Shown: positions 12,790 through 27,559, numbered from the stretch's first letter. The stretch: DNA of 64,000 nucleotides from Nageia nagi (GCA_050084985.1 JBITNC010000001.1:160580001-160644000); one strand, 5' to 3'. Notes: generated by a model from the sequence alone, not told the origin. Numbers and translations are program-made.

Positions 12790-13762
12790 AGGTGAAAGCA
12801 AGAAGTTGACTCCACTTAAAGGGGAAGTGGAGAAAATCAATGAAGTTAAAATTCAATATTAGAAAAATTGGGATTTTGATTTAGGTTCAAGATACAATAA
12901 ATATTGGGATCATGATATTTAAAACTAAAATACGTACATTTATCAAGATCATGATATTTAAATCTCTAATTTTACCTTTGATTTAGGCTCAAAAAGGCTT
13001 GGTGAACCAACACTTAGCCTTAGACATGCAAGCATATGTTCATGGCAGTGTTAATAGGAAATATCAACTTCAAGCATACGTTTAGATTAAAACCCATTAT
13101 AGATTAAAGAGTTTAAATTTCAAATATGTAATGATGTTTGCAATTGGATAAGATTTTATATTTTTTTTAGTATAAGTGGTCCATATACTTGAAATATGAG
13201 GGTCTCATATTTTCTTAATAATTATTTTTAGGGGAAGTTATGAAAAAAAATTATATAAGGACACGCTTCATACAATTATCTATAAGAATAAAGAAAAATG
13301 AAAAAAATAAGTTTATATCAAATTTTGTTGGATAGACAAGAGCACTTTTTGAAACCACAAACATTCTAGTACAAAATTAGTAAAAGAATACTGATGCAAA
13401 AATTACAAAAAAAATATCTAGGATAAGCTCCAAGGTGTTAGGTATCTTTTTCTAAAAAGATTATAAAAAATACCTTGATTTTAGACAAATTATGTTGGAT
13501 GGACAATTCATGGTATGATCAAAAAATGATTTTTTTTTAAAAAAAGTGATTTTTGTTCATCTTATTAAATTTTAAATTCTATGATCAAGGTATTGGAATA
13601 AATTATATATTTGAAAACTAGAATCTAAGAACTACAGTTTCATTGCAGTGATCTTTTCATGATTCCATGTCTAAGTGCTTCAAATTTTGAGATCAATCAT
13701 ACTCAAACTTGAAAATCAAGGAAAATACTTCACTTTTGGCCTTAAAGTGGACACAACCACCC
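12790..13762 (+). mobile_element. Non-autonomous terminal-inverted-repeat DNA transposon, copy A (4-bp TSD CTCT)
   Basis: Starts AGGTGAAAGCAAGAAGTTGACTCCACTT and ends AAAGTGGACACAACCACCC (right terminus internally deleted). Flanked by CTCT at 12786-12789 and 13763-13766. Colinear with copy B. Confidence 0.75.
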
Positions 13763-14844
13763 CTCTACTTCTTTAAGGAATCTTGGGTTTTGGGTTTCTC
13801 ATTTCTAGATGCATTCTAAGACCCAATTTAGAAGGACCATTAATGAATATTAGAGTTAGTTTCATGGGGCAAGCTTTTCTTATGTATCCTAATAGGTCTA
13901 GAGCCCATGGACATAGGTGGTTTTTTATTTGAATAGAGTGCATGTTGGAGATTTCCATTATTGTATCTTTATTGGAAAGTATTTCTACCCCTTTTTCTAA
14001 GGACTTATTGAGGGTTTAATTTAAGATTGAGGGATGGTGGAGTTGGTTTAGATCCAAAAGTTGTAATGTTAAAAGAACAGGATGATTTACTTAGCTCAAG
14101 AAAGAAGAATCTAGATTTATCTTATCTTATCTATGGGGTTGAAATGTTGGTCCCAAGATTTTAGTATCACAACTTCCAAGGCTCAATAGCTAGTCCCTTT
14201 TAAAGTGGTAAATTATAAAATTCAAATCTCTTTAAAGATTTAGAATGATTGTTGGAAAGTCTATAGGTTTTAATGTGTATCTTAGGATATATACAAGGTT
14301 TCAAAAAGTGATCATTGTTACATGTTCCTAGATTTTTATCCACTGCTCTAGGTTAAGGAACTTTCATTAATTATTTGTACCCTAAGGAGGTTGAGGGATA
14401 ATTTCAAAATAGAAACTACTTTTGATGTAACATGTTTCTGGGACCTTTCAAAACCTAGATCATGGTTATTCATTTGATAAAAATCACCCACCAATATAAC
14501 AAAAAAATTGATCTCATTAATACCATTAATATTACTTCTTGTAGCCAAAATGGTAGCATAAGGTACTAGAAATAAAGGTCAAAATTCATGAAATTTGATT
14601 TATATATTTTGTATTTCTATCATTTTGAATACAGTTCATTTGAAATTTGATAGAACTATTTTTATGTGATACTCATCTTGTATAGTCACTTTTTTCTTAT
14701 ATGGGAAGATGGTCATTTCTTATTTTATATTGAATGTTAATAATCCACTAAAAATGAAATGTTTATTCATTGTTAATATTTTATGAAATTTTCTAGTTAA
14801 GCTTTTCAATGTAATGATTTTAAATTTCTTAATGTCTTACTTAT

Positions 14845-15025
14845 GAAGATTATCATCTTATATATGTAGGTACTCATCATGTATATGTAGACTCTCATCT
14901 TATTAATTAAGATGCTCATATTTGTAATAAATATCCTCATCTTCTTAATTAAGATCTTTATCCTCTTAATGAAGATGCTCATCTTATTAATAAAGACACT
15001 TATCTTGTATTTGTAGATGATCATA
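14845..15025 (-). repeat. Degenerate 21-bp tandem repeat, inverted relative to 11288-11570
   Basis: Core AAGATGCTCATCTT is the reverse complement of the core at 11.3-11.6 kb; same period. Confidence 0.65.
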
Positions 15026-15338
15026 ATTTTTGTATGTAAATTATTTTGGTTATAAAATAAAAAATAAATAAATAAACTAATATATCAAAGTTACATGTAT
15101 TTTTTAATCTTTTTTAGAAAATGATATTAATCTTTATATATATTATATATGATAAAAAATTACATTATAAACATAAAAATTAAATAATATTAAAAAATAC
15201 CACACACATAGAATAATAATATATATGGATAGAAAATTAATAATAACAATAATAATTCAAAGGACTATGTCCCTTGGATTTTTACTATTGTGAATCCCTC
15301 TCCCTTCTCTTTCCTCTTTATGTGGTTATTAATGGTAT

Positions 15339-18300
15339 TGTTGGCTATATGCTTATGCTTGTGTTTATGTTGCCATTGTTGTCAAAGGAATTGTACATCT
15401 ACCATAATGTCAAAGGTCATCAAGGGCAATCTTCTTGAACTCATACAGTGTATGGGAAGTGTATAAGAAATGTGTCAAGACCTATAGACTTGAATTGAAG
15501 CATGTACAAGGTTTGTCAACTGTTTATGAGATGTACAACATATTATGTTAGAGTTTTGACATTATTAATAGGCATTTGGATTCAACTAGACCCGATGAAA
15601 TTTGGTTCTCTATTTTGTTGGATCTTCATCAAAATTAAACAATATTAAAATAATTGGAGTATAACATATTCTATTTTCTATCCATTTTGATGAAGTTTCC
15701 ACTTCATTTCTATCGGATCTCTTCCAAAATCAAACAATATGATGCATGAAGGTGAATACTATCAAATGGTGATTGGATGAAGGTGAAGATGCAATTCAAT
15801 GATGAGATGGTGAAGGTGAAGATCTAGATGATGATGCAAAGAAATGAAGTTTTATTCAAAGGATTAAATGCCTTTATGAAAGAAGGAATGTGAATTAGAA
15901 TATGGAGAAACCTTGTGATATCATCACCTTTGAGAGTGCATATTTTCCTTTGTTACATTATATTTCTAGGGTATAGAGAAATATGATGATATCAATGACA
16001 TCTGAAGTGTGTATTTCCCTCATATAGTGGTATTTGTAAGGTGTGAAGATATTGGTTATGTAAACTATATCCAAAGTGTGAATTTTCCTTCTAACATTAT
16101 GTTTTAGGGGTGCATATGATCTTGATGATATCAATGCTACTTGGAATACAATTTTTTCATAGCTACTACAAAATGACCTCAAGGAGAAGCGAAAGATTTA
16201 TGAAGGTAGAAAAGGCTTATGTTAAAAGCGAAACCTTATGTGGAGATGGAATATATTATGTATAATTGATGAGAGTTACCAAGTTATTATCCAAAGAGCC
16301 CAAACCTTATGAGAAGATGCTAGAGGTGTGGGTGAAAGCAAGAAGTTGGGTCCACTTCAAGGGGAAGTGGAAAAATCCACTAAGTAAAAACTCAAATTCA
16401 AAAAATTAGGATCCCAATTTAGGTTGGGATCCTGATTTTAAAGCAAAATAAGGACAAATATTAGGATCTGATTTTAATTTATTAATATTGAGATTCAATA
16501 TTTGAATCTACAATTTTGAATTAGATTTAGACTTGAAAACTTGGCTTGGTGAACCAACACTTAGCCTTGGACCTACAAGTATATGTTCATGACAAGTTTA
16601 GTAAAAATCTCAACTTCACGCATATGTTTGATATAGTTTTTGGTAGAATTTCTTCATGAAATTAAAACCCATTATTGACTAAGAGTGTAGATTTCAAATG
16701 TATAATTTATTTTACAATTTGAAAAGATTTTATTTTTTAATTATTTTTTAGTAAATATGGTCCATATGTTTGACATATGAGGGTCTCGTATTTTCTTCAT
16801 AAGTTTTTTTTTGGAGGAAGTTATGAAAACTAAATTATACAAGGACAAGATTCATAGAATTCTCTATTAGTATAAAAAATTGAAAAAAGATTAAGTTTAG
16901 ATCAATTATGGTGCACAGACAAGGGCATTTTTTGAAACTATAAACATGTTTGATCAAAATTAAAAATATATGATTCAAAAACTATGAAAAAATATCCAAG
17001 ACAAGCTCCAATGTGTTAGGTATCTTTTCCTAAAAGGATTTTAAAAATATGTTGATTTTAGTCATTTATGATGGACAGACACATGCATGGTATGGTCTAA
17101 AAATAATTTTTAAAAAAAAAAATTTTTATTCCATCTATCAAATTTTAAATTCTATGATTTTGTATTGGAAAAAATTATATATTTAAAAACTAGACTGTCA
17201 ACACTACATTTCACTCTAGTGGACCTAATTTCTTGCACCCACCTATGTGATGATAGAAGAGCTAGGGGCATGATGTCGAAATATGGTCAAAAGTGTTATA
17301 CAAAGATGCAGATAGAGCTTGAGAAGATAAAGAATAACTTATAGAGAGATGAATAGTGTTATACAAAGAAGTGAGTCCTATACGAAGAAGGAATAGCCTA
17401 TACAAATAGAGATAGTCTTGTGCAAAGAGATTTTGGAGATGTAAAGGATAAAGCTCTAGTTGTGCAGTCTAGTGAGGCCTTATGTGATAATGAATGTGCT
17501 TATGAATAGTGCATGAGAGTATCAAAGTTAAAGGGTAGTAGATCAGATGCAAGTAATTATTATATCATTGATGAACATCATGTAGGAATAGTTGAAGGAG
17601 TGATCACTCTAACTAAAGAGCCAAGTATAGTAATCTCATGGCCTACAATAGTTAGAACTAATGATGATAGGCATTAAGCATAAATGATGGAGTAACTATC
17701 AAAAATGTGATCATGGTCCTACATGCACATTCAAGCTATCAAAAATTGTGGCTTGATGTAGAGTATGTCAAGGGTTTCTATAAAGATCATTTGGGGGTGT
17801 AGTGTTAAAGGTATATTATGCATGAGAGAGGTGTACACTATCAATGTAGATATTTCATATCAGAGGAGAAAATGTATCAATGTTAACACAAAATTAGAGA
17901 TTGGTAAAGAGGGTAGTACATTATCTATGTAGATCAATTGTAGGACTATAAGATATAGCCAAGAGTATGTTGATAGATACAAACTATGAGGGTTTTGTAT
18001 ATAGTGAAGGTATTTTTATGTCATATTTGTTAATTAAAGTTCAATTCTAAGTTGGTGTTTGATATAGGGGTTGGTGCTTCTTTAGTTGGTGCTATAGAAC
18101 ATAGGGGTTATGAAGAGTCTCTTCAAAGTTTCCTTCAAAGTTCCTAAGAGTCTCAAGAAAAAACAAATTCAATTGAGGAAGATACTTTAGATTATGAAGA
18201 ATCCAATTTTATTCAAAGACTCAAAACAAGGTAAGGTAAGTATAAAGGTAAGTTTCCTTTCAAGTGCTTCAGCTATTGTTGACTTAGTCATTATTCTAAT

Positions 18301-20280
18301 AAATATCCCTACAAGGAGAAATATCTCATTTCCAAAGAAGATAATTATGAAGGAGATGAATATGGATATGGTACTAGTGAAGTTTCATTTATAGCTTTTA
18401 AATATTTAGAATTTAATGGTACTATAGTCGATTCTAATTTTAATAGAGTGAAGAAAAAGAAGAGCTTGCTAGTTCAAGGCTGCACATTCTTAGAGGGGGA
18501 AATTCCTAGTTTATATTGTATGCTCCTATGTATGGTTGCTAATGTTTTTATTGCTTACTTGAACTTGAGAATGGTGCATGAATTTAATAGGAGCATTTCA
18601 AATTTTCTATCTTCCTACCCTAAAACTTAGTCTTAATAAGTTATCTTTCTTATTTTGTTTTAGAATTTGGTATCTAGTGTCTTATTGGTTAAGATTGTTA
18701 TGTACAACAATAACTTTGTATCTTACAATGCCACTTCCTTCGACATTTTATTTTTATCATACTATATCAAGGAGAAAATGTTATATTGTTTGGGCTTCCT
18801 ATTATTGTTATTGATTTGGATGAAGATTACATATTTTGGTGTATTATCAAATGATGGAGAAGAAAAGAGGCTACTTTTGTGCTAATATGTTGAAGCTAGT
18901 GTTTGATTTATTCCTAGTGGAGATTGCTATTGAGTTGTCAATATGCTTCAATATCCCTATAATACACCTTTAATATTATTGACAAAAATGGGGAGATAGA
19001 TATTGAATGGAGTGAGTTTTGACAACAATCCTAAAGAGGAAGATTATTTACCATATGCTTATGCTTGTGCTAGTGTTGTCATTATTATCAGAGCTTGTAC
19101 ATATGCCATAATATCAAAGGTGATCAAGTGCAATCATGTTGTAGTCATACAGTATATGAGAAGTGTACCAAAATCTAAAGACTTGAATTTGCAATGTACA
19201 AAGTTTTCCAAGTGCCTAAGAGATGTATAACATATTGTGTTAGAGTTTCGATAGTATTAACAAGCATTTAGTTTCTATTGAACCCAATGAAATTTGGTCT
19301 ACTCCACTCTATCCAATCTTCATTAGAATTAATTAATATTAAAATGGTCAAAGTATAATGTATTCTACTTTTCCACCATTCTGGTGAAGTTTGTTCCACT
19401 CCAATTCAATAAAAATTTTGTCAAAATCAAATAGTGTGATACGTGAAGTTGAAGACTATTAGATGATGATGCGATGAAGGTCAAGATCAACTGAAATGAT
19501 GATACAATGAAGGTAAATACCATTGCATGATGATGCAAAGAAATGATGTTTTATCGACAGGCTTAAATGCGTATGCAAAGAAGGAATGCGAATCTAGGAT
19601 TTTGAGAAACCTTATGATGTCAACATATCTAAAAAGTGCAAATTTTTTTTATTACATTGTACTTTTTGGGTATGGACAAATATGATGATGTTAGCAATAA
19701 CTGAAGTGCAAATTTACCTTGTATAATGATGTTTCTTGGGTGTAGAGAAATGTGGTGATATCAATAATATTTAGAGTGCAAATTTCCCTTCTAACATAGT
19801 GTTTCTAAGGTAGGAATGAGCTTAATGATGTTAGTGCTATATGGAGTCAAGATTCTTCAACAGACATTGCAAAATGACCTAAGTTTGATATAGATTACGT
19901 CAAGGAGAATATGAAAGAGTTTATGTGACTAGATAAGGGCTTATGTGAAAAAGTAAAAATTTTTGTGAAGATAAAATATATTATGCAAAAGCAGATGCAT
20001 AGTTACCAATTCATCATCTGAAGATTCTATACCTTGTGAGAAGAGATATTGGAAATATGATGAAGGAAGAAGCTAGAGGCATGAATGTCGAATGTGACCA
20101 AAGGTGTTACAAAGAAATGCAGTTGCTTATGCAAAAACTTCAACCCTTAGTAGTAAGGTAAAGGCTTATGAGATGAAAATAAAGCTTGTGCAAACAAAGG
20201 ATGCCTTATGCGGAGAAGTGAGGTCCTGTATGAACATAGATAGTCATGTGTGGAGAGATTCTAGACCGACATGTACAATA
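15339..20280 (+). mobile_element. Old decayed LTR element (probably Copia-like): two long diverged direct repeats around a short degenerate interior
   Basis: 15348-17420 (minus the inserted copy B) aligns to 19053-20270. Copy 1 begins TGTTGG (15339); copy 2 is preceded by purine tracts (AAAAATGGGGAGA, AAAGAGGAAGAT). No recognisable ORF. Confidence 0.55.
16330..17244 (+). mobile_element. Non-autonomous terminal-inverted-repeat DNA transposon, copy B (both termini; TSD GTGT/ATGT)
   Basis: GGGTGAAAGCAAGAAGTTGGGTCCACT ... AGTGGACCTAATTTCTTGCACCCACCT. An empty site is visible in the paralogous repeat at about 20045-20070. Confidence 0.8.
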
Positions 20281-21068
20281 AAATGAATTAGATGGATATC
20301 TTAGATTTTTATTGCAACTTATATACTCTATTTATAAACATCATTTCTAGTTTTTAAACTTTTGCAAAAGATGTTAGACCTCAAAGTGGGTTTGTATGGT
20401 AACCTTTGAGATTAACATGGTGCTAACTGTTAAATAGCTAGAGCATGTATGCTTTGCATAGCCCTTTTGAATATTTGTTGTTATTTAATGTTTGTTAATA
20501 ATAGTAATCAAATAGTTTCAAGGAAGAATATTGGTTGCAATAATAAGGATTTACCCTATTTAAATTAATACATGGGATTTATTTTTTATTATTATCAATT
20601 ATTTGGAAGAATCTTATCTCACTTAGTGGCAAATATGGAATTCAAATCTTAAATTGTGTGATTTTTAATATGTTTATACTTGGTAAACCTCAAATCTAAA
20701 TATTTCATTGGTGCATCTAAGGCATTATTAATGTTATGTGAGTGTGGTTATTAGTAATTTTATATCTAGGAGAGTGCCAAAAGGCTTATCATCTACTTAA
20801 ACATTACTACTATTCATGTGGATAATTTCTATAGTGAGATGTGTTTAATATAAATGTTTGAAGTTTGTTGAGTTTTGATTCCACTCCAAATAAAGTTATT
20901 AACGTGCGACAAGCGAATAAGTTCAGTAAACCGGCCTGGATCATTTGCTAAGGAAGCGTACATAACAATATGAGTTCTTTAAGCTCAGAATTGATACGCA
21001 CAGAACAGCCGGTTGTCTTTTTTGAGGCACAAGCAGACGCGAGCTGACCATCTGTGAAATTGAAATAT

Positions 21069-21180
21069 AGTCCATATTACCAATGGGTTGAATATCTCCA
21101 TTCCTCATTAGCGAAGGTCACCACAGAAGTTCAGATTGTTTTCCGCCATCCTTGCTCTACAAAAGGCTTCCTCACCAATG
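21069..21180 (-). pseudogene. Orphan paralog of exon 2 of the TIR gene
   Basis: Matches 6884-7012 (EAFCRA-RMAENNLNFCG versus EAFCRA-NMAENNQNLCG), including the CATTG|GTAATATGGACT donor. It has a frameshifting deletion and no TIR exon follows. Confidence 0.7.
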
Positions 21181-24100
21181 AATGGGTGTTTGTAGCGAGG
21201 ACGTTTTGTAGGGTAATAATGGCGGAGAACGTCTCCAAAAACACCAACTATATTTACATGCTTCCACTTCCTTCTCCTGTAGAGTCAATCCAACAATTGC
21301 ATTGTAAGAGGGCATTGAGTATATTTGGATTGGTTTTCAGTTGAGTTTCCTGCTTCGCCTTTAAATTTTATTTTACACAACTGCTTCCTCTGCGGACTAG
21401 ATCCCTTTCTGAACGCAATGGCAAAGATTTTTTATTTTACCTTTTACTTTTTATCGATGGGATTTTAGTGTCTTGAATGTTTCACACCGTCTAGATCGTG
21501 TATAGAAATTACGTAAAGCGATTAAAAGGTAGTCTACCAAACGAACAGTAGGATCGATTACCTAGATCAAACTTCCTTGCAAATTAGCCAGCACAATTTG
21601 GCCGGGCCAATTTTGAGGAGTTTAGTCTGCAATTCGGACTTCTCCTTTATGAAAACTATTGGGCATATTCATTATTTGTACATCGCTAACATTTGCTTTG
21701 AATTTTCTCCTTGTATTTCTCATCACTGCTCTATCGAGATGTTAGAAAAAGAAGCGCGCCAAATCCTGATGGTATTAAAAAAATTATGGAATTGTATGTG
21801 TTTAGAGAGAGAATGCTTGGAAATGTTTTTGGTTATGGTTTTCTGTATTTATTAGGTGGCTTTTCTGTTGAAGTTATTCAAAAGTTGTATTTTATCAAAG
21901 TTATCTAATTGTTGCATTTAGTGGACATCCTCTAACGAATATAATGTTTTAATGCTGACATTAAAGGATTTTAACTTTAACTTCCTATATTAGAAATAGT
22001 TTCTAATTCTTTTAACTTATGTTGATAAAAGATTGCACTTAAGTATTATGCTAAGCATCTTTCAATTAATTGTGTTTTAATGCTACATATGAATAAGAGT
22101 TCATTTTATATATTTTATTTTAAATCTTACTTATTTCATTTCTATTATTTATGTAAAAGTAGTTAAACTTTAATATAATGTTGTATGTTGGATCTCAAAA
22201 GCATGCTAACTTGGTTTTGTAGATAAGAGTAATCTAAATAACATGCACAACATGTATATATAAAAGTTACTCTGTCTTTATATTCACATGTTCTATGGCA
22301 TTTAATCTTGATTTTTTTCAAGTTGAGTTGTTTTGTTTTACGGGGTGTTGGGAGTTTCACAAACCAAAGTGATTTCCTCCTTGTCTTTATTAACCATTTT
22401 AAATTATTTTCCTTTAAATACTAAGACCTTCTTTTTGAATCTCAAATACTACTTTGATATTATGAAACACAAAATTTCTTAACCAATTACTAAAATATTA
22501 ACTTTAAATAATAATTATTTTGATATTTTTTAATAATTTATTCAAAATTAACAGTACTTTGTATAAACAATAATAGAAACCTCTATAATAAAGAACACAT
22601 GTAGTTCATTTTATAAGCGAATCTCTACAAAAATGTAAAACTACTTTTAAATTATTAAAATTAATGTATTTAATTTGTATTTTTAACTATTTAAATACTA
22701 TTTTCTTACATTCAATAGGGACTATGTTATGAAATATTTATTAATATTTTATTTGTAATGTAATTAGCATAGATGAAGTGATAAACCTTATATATAATAT
22801 AGATGATAACTTAATCAAATAAAAACTCATATTTAATCCCTAATAGTTAAATAGTAGAAAACATGATTATGATTTATATTTAAACTTTATTAAGTTCAAA
22901 CATCATTATTATATCTAACACTAGATTATTTTTATCATTAATATCATGGTAGAGAAGATTTAATAATTAAGTTATCTAATATAAGTTTCATGATGAACAT
23001 GATATTTACATAATACATTAAGTCAATAATATTATAGTTGAATTACTAAATAATTATTCCAACCAACATATGGCAATAGTAATAATAAATTGAAATGAAA
23101 TAAAAATTCAATATAATAAAAAACAAGTTATACAAGTTTGACAAGTTAATATATTTTTGTTAACATTGAATTTTGAAAAGCAAATTCCAAAAGAAATAAT
23201 CTTGTTAAAGGATGCTAATATTTTTTTTAATGATTAAGCTTTGTATTAAAGTATAAAAGAATTGATCATACAAAAAATATAGGTGGACACAACACACATC
23301 AAGTGCTAATTCACTATCCAATAAAACAAAATCCCATAAATAATGCAATAGCCAAACAAAATAGCTTATCAAGTGGTGGCGTAAGTTATATATTCAATCA
23401 ACAACATTACGACGTAAATGAATATAACCTTATAAAACTTTAATACATAGGCAAAGTGATAGCAACTGAATTTGGATGCTTATCATTAACGAAAATTGAG
23501 AGATTTGTAGACTTCTTAAGATGTTTCTACAAATTACAAGAAATGATGTTCCACCTAGTGTTAGGTATGATGCTGTAAATCTCAAATGAGTTTGGTGTTA
23601 ACTAGCTTGGTATGCGATCTATAATAATTAATTAGGATGAAAATTTCATTTATATGTCACCACATCCTCATCATTAATTGTTGGGGAATCATAGTCCTAC
23701 CTTCCATTGTCTCCATCATTAATGGAACCTCCCCATGCATCATTTATGGAGAGACACTAGGTAGATCCTTATATGGTTTCCTAGATGGAGTAACTTGGTC
23801 AAAATTACCAACCAAGAGAATAAAAAGTAGGAGATAGATATGGTTTCCAAGCCTTATTTTATCATTGGTATTATAATCAAGTCAAGATATGATCTCACCC
23901 CAGCAAGGGAGGGTGATAATTTTTTCTCAAACAAGAGCACTCTTGAGTTTCAAAGCCTAATAGAGCTTGACTCACAGGGCATGGAGCATAGCCCCATTGA
24001 TTAATGGGATCCTACATGTGGCTAAATTCTAGCATTATCTTAACAACTTAATCTTTAATCTAAAATCAACTATCATAAAAAATGATAAGCTTATTAATTG

Positions 24101-27100
24101 AAAAGAATGCTATAGAAGGAATATTCTTTGTAAAAATAATATCATTCTAGTCTTTCCATAAATAAAACATAATTCTAAATTTTAATAGATTCTAGAATTC
24201 TTCAAGCCCTTCACAGAAATATACGGGATCTCCTAAGATATTAGGAACCAAACTTAGAGGTTATTTCAAATACGGATGAAAATATGTATTCCATCCATTC
24301 TCAAGATTTTTAATCTTTGTAACAAGGCCAAAATAAATGAAATATAATTTATTAGTACCCATAAAAGGGATAGGTAGATTTATCAACTCCCATGTGTATA
24401 AGTCTATGATGAACTAATAAACCATGAAAAAAGGCTTACTTAGACTCCAAGGAAAAAAAGGGTTACTTGGGTTTAATGTGATTATCCCAGATCATCTTGA
24501 ATCTAGAGATCATCTCTCTTTCGATGAGAATAAATCTCATCCATCATTATTCTTTAGTACCATGGGTAAGTTAGGAGAGAGTTAATAGTAAGCATGGTTG
24601 CCTTAATAGTTAAAAATAGAGATATTTTAAAACCACTTCCATTCTATCCACCATGTACATTGAGCTAAATGGACAAGATTAAGCCATTAAGTTGAAATGA
24701 GTACAATTTATTACAAAATCATATGCATCATTATCTTCATATTGAAGCACATGGTATGTCTAAAGGTTTCCCATAGAATGCAATCTTTGGAGGAGTATCT
24801 AAAGAAATCTAAAAGAGATGTAATTATTATCTTAAAAACAAAAATTATCTTAAATTGATTGAGTGCTTCAAAGAAGAAAATTCTAAAATTGAATAACTAA
24901 AGACCATTGCACAATAAGAGAAGCTAAGGAAGCTCCTTTATGGTGGCCACCACTTTTTAAAGGAGATAAGGCTTAAAATCAGACTCCCATAATTTCCAAA
25001 TACTTTTGTAGATAAATGACTTGGAGATAGTAATTAGCACTTGGGCTATTATGATGGAAGGCAAGTCTATTCTTCTCTAGCATTTCTTACCAAACGGAAT
25101 AGCTTAAAATATACAATGTTGAGTTAATATATTCCAAGATTATGAACCCTTTAAATCATTAATGATCCACTTGACACTTAAGGAAAAGACTTGATGTTGA
25201 TAATTGAAAAGATTGATACCTCATGAGATTATGGGAAGATAACAAAATTCTTAGGAAACTCTATGTAAGCATTTTTTTTCTTTGGTTTTGGTACAAAGAA
25301 TATCTTTAAGAAGTTTTTCTAACTTCTTGTAGTAGGCTTGATATGGAACCCAATAAGATGAGTAGTAGATATATGAGCACAAGTAAGGATCTTTGAGTAA
25401 ATGTTTAACTTTCTAGCTAGGAATAGTTTCTTAGAGACCCAATAAGATAATTGTTTCCCATAATTTAGATAACATACTCCCTTAATTGGGTAGGGATAAT
25501 TTGAAATAGCATTGGGATACATAAGGATTTAAATATTTTACCTAGTATAATCTAATACTAATGGTAAGAAGTTAATCGATTAGGTTTGTTTGTAGGATAT
25601 TATCCATAGCAAGTCATCTTATTCCATTGAATACTTGACCTTGATGCTTTACAAAAACTATCAAAGAAAGTAAAGTCTTGACACACTGAATTCTTGTGTT
25701 CCTTTAGAGCATAGAAAGAATCATCCACAAAATTCCTTTTGATTAATTATCCATTATTTATTGGAAGTTAAATTCTATGAAATAGCCATTGAGAAGTTTT
25801 TCTTGTTAGCAAATAGCCAAATGCTTTAGTTTCCATAATATATAAAAAGGGGCAAGAGGGAAACCATATCTAAAGATCTAAAGAGACTAATTATGACTAT
25901 CTAAATGACATCAAGAGTAAGTGTTGTTGGTAAATGATTGAAAAGAATCTAATTTCCTTAAGAATGAAAAGAATATAAGTGCATTCAATCTTGACATAAG
26001 ATTTTTTGAAGTCAATTTTGATGAAAATTGCATCTTGATAAGAAGATCGAGCATGTTCCACACCTTCCTATATAATAATCAAATTATCAAGAATGTATTT
26101 GTTTTAAATGAAATCCATTTATTTAGGATGAATAATGTACAGGAGAAAGACCTTAGAATAAAAGATAAATCTTTAGTTGTGATCTTGTAGGTCACAATGA
26201 GCAGAGCAATAGGTCTCTAGTTAGTGAGAAGTTTAGGATCTCATAATTTGGGGATGAACCTTATATTTTCTTTGTTATTTATGTGACCCTAGAAGCCTTT
26301 GGGAAGAGCTTCATGATAAATAAAAAGAGGTTCTAGATCAACTACATGTCCCAAATCACTTTGCAAAATTCACATTGAAAATCTTTTTCATTTACCATAT
26401 TATAGAGAGTCACTTCTAGATCCTTGAGGGAGGGAGGACAATCAAATGCAACCTTTTAAGAGGTAAACAATTTTTTTGATACATATGTGCAATATTTAAA
26501 TATGGAATTTTATATATCCATGGTAAGTTCTTATGCTATAAAAACTTGTTACTAATGCTTTAAAAATATATTACAAATATTGAAGGGCTGGGTAATTCTT
26601 ATACCCATATACAAGATGGCTTTAAATTGCACAACTCATTTGGTGGATCTAAGATATTGGAAGAACTTATTTGATACTTTGTCTCCAAATTTAAGCTAAT
26701 GAAGATGGACTATTATATGTGCTCATTTAGCCTCACATATCTTAATATTTCTTAGCTCATATCTAACTATTGCTACTTTCTACTAAATAGGAATGCTCAT
26801 TGGATTGGCTTTGAGTCGAACTAAAGTTTAGGAAAGCTATTCTCTAAGAGTATGATTGTAACTCTTACAAATTTTAGCAAGCTTAACCCCTATAACTCTA
26901 AACACTAAAGTGGATCTAAATATTACATTATTCCATGAATCAACCCAACTAGTATTCATTGAGGGTTTTGAAATAAGATTCTAAAATCTACAAATATGAG
27001 CTACAATAGTTATATGTTATAAAGGAGAGATATTAAAATAAAATTTCAAGTGAAAAACCTTGGGAGAAGATGCAATATTAAAAATAACAGGCATATGATC

Positions 27101-27559
27101 TAAAATTATGTCATCAAGAGATGTGACAATAAGAGACCAAGAATGATGAATAATATGGAAGGAAAATCTTGAGTGGTATGTAAGCATAGATTTCTTGTCA
27201 CTTTAGCATTATGTCTCTTCATATTGAAAATTAGATAAGGTACATTAGATGAAATATAGAAATTCATTGGTAGTATGATAAGCATTAGGATATACAATCC
27301 CATTCTTATTTAAAGGAAAAAATATGCATCTTGCTTGCCTATGCATCAACACATTAGGAAGTGGCCCATTTTATGTTTCAATTTTTCAATTATATTGAAG
27401 TTACCAAAAAAAACCCAAGTGGTTTGGGGAAGTGACAATGGTAGATATTTTCACAAGGTACACTTATCAGTACTATCATTGGAAGCATAAATGTTGACAA
27501 TCCTAAATGGCTTGTGATCAATATTAAAAATAGTATACACCACTTGGTTAGATGGATCC

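Noticed and set aside
11620-14560. Possible decayed LINE ORF1 region hosting transposon copy A
   Set aside because: Composition suggests a TE, but no diagnostic motif was readable.
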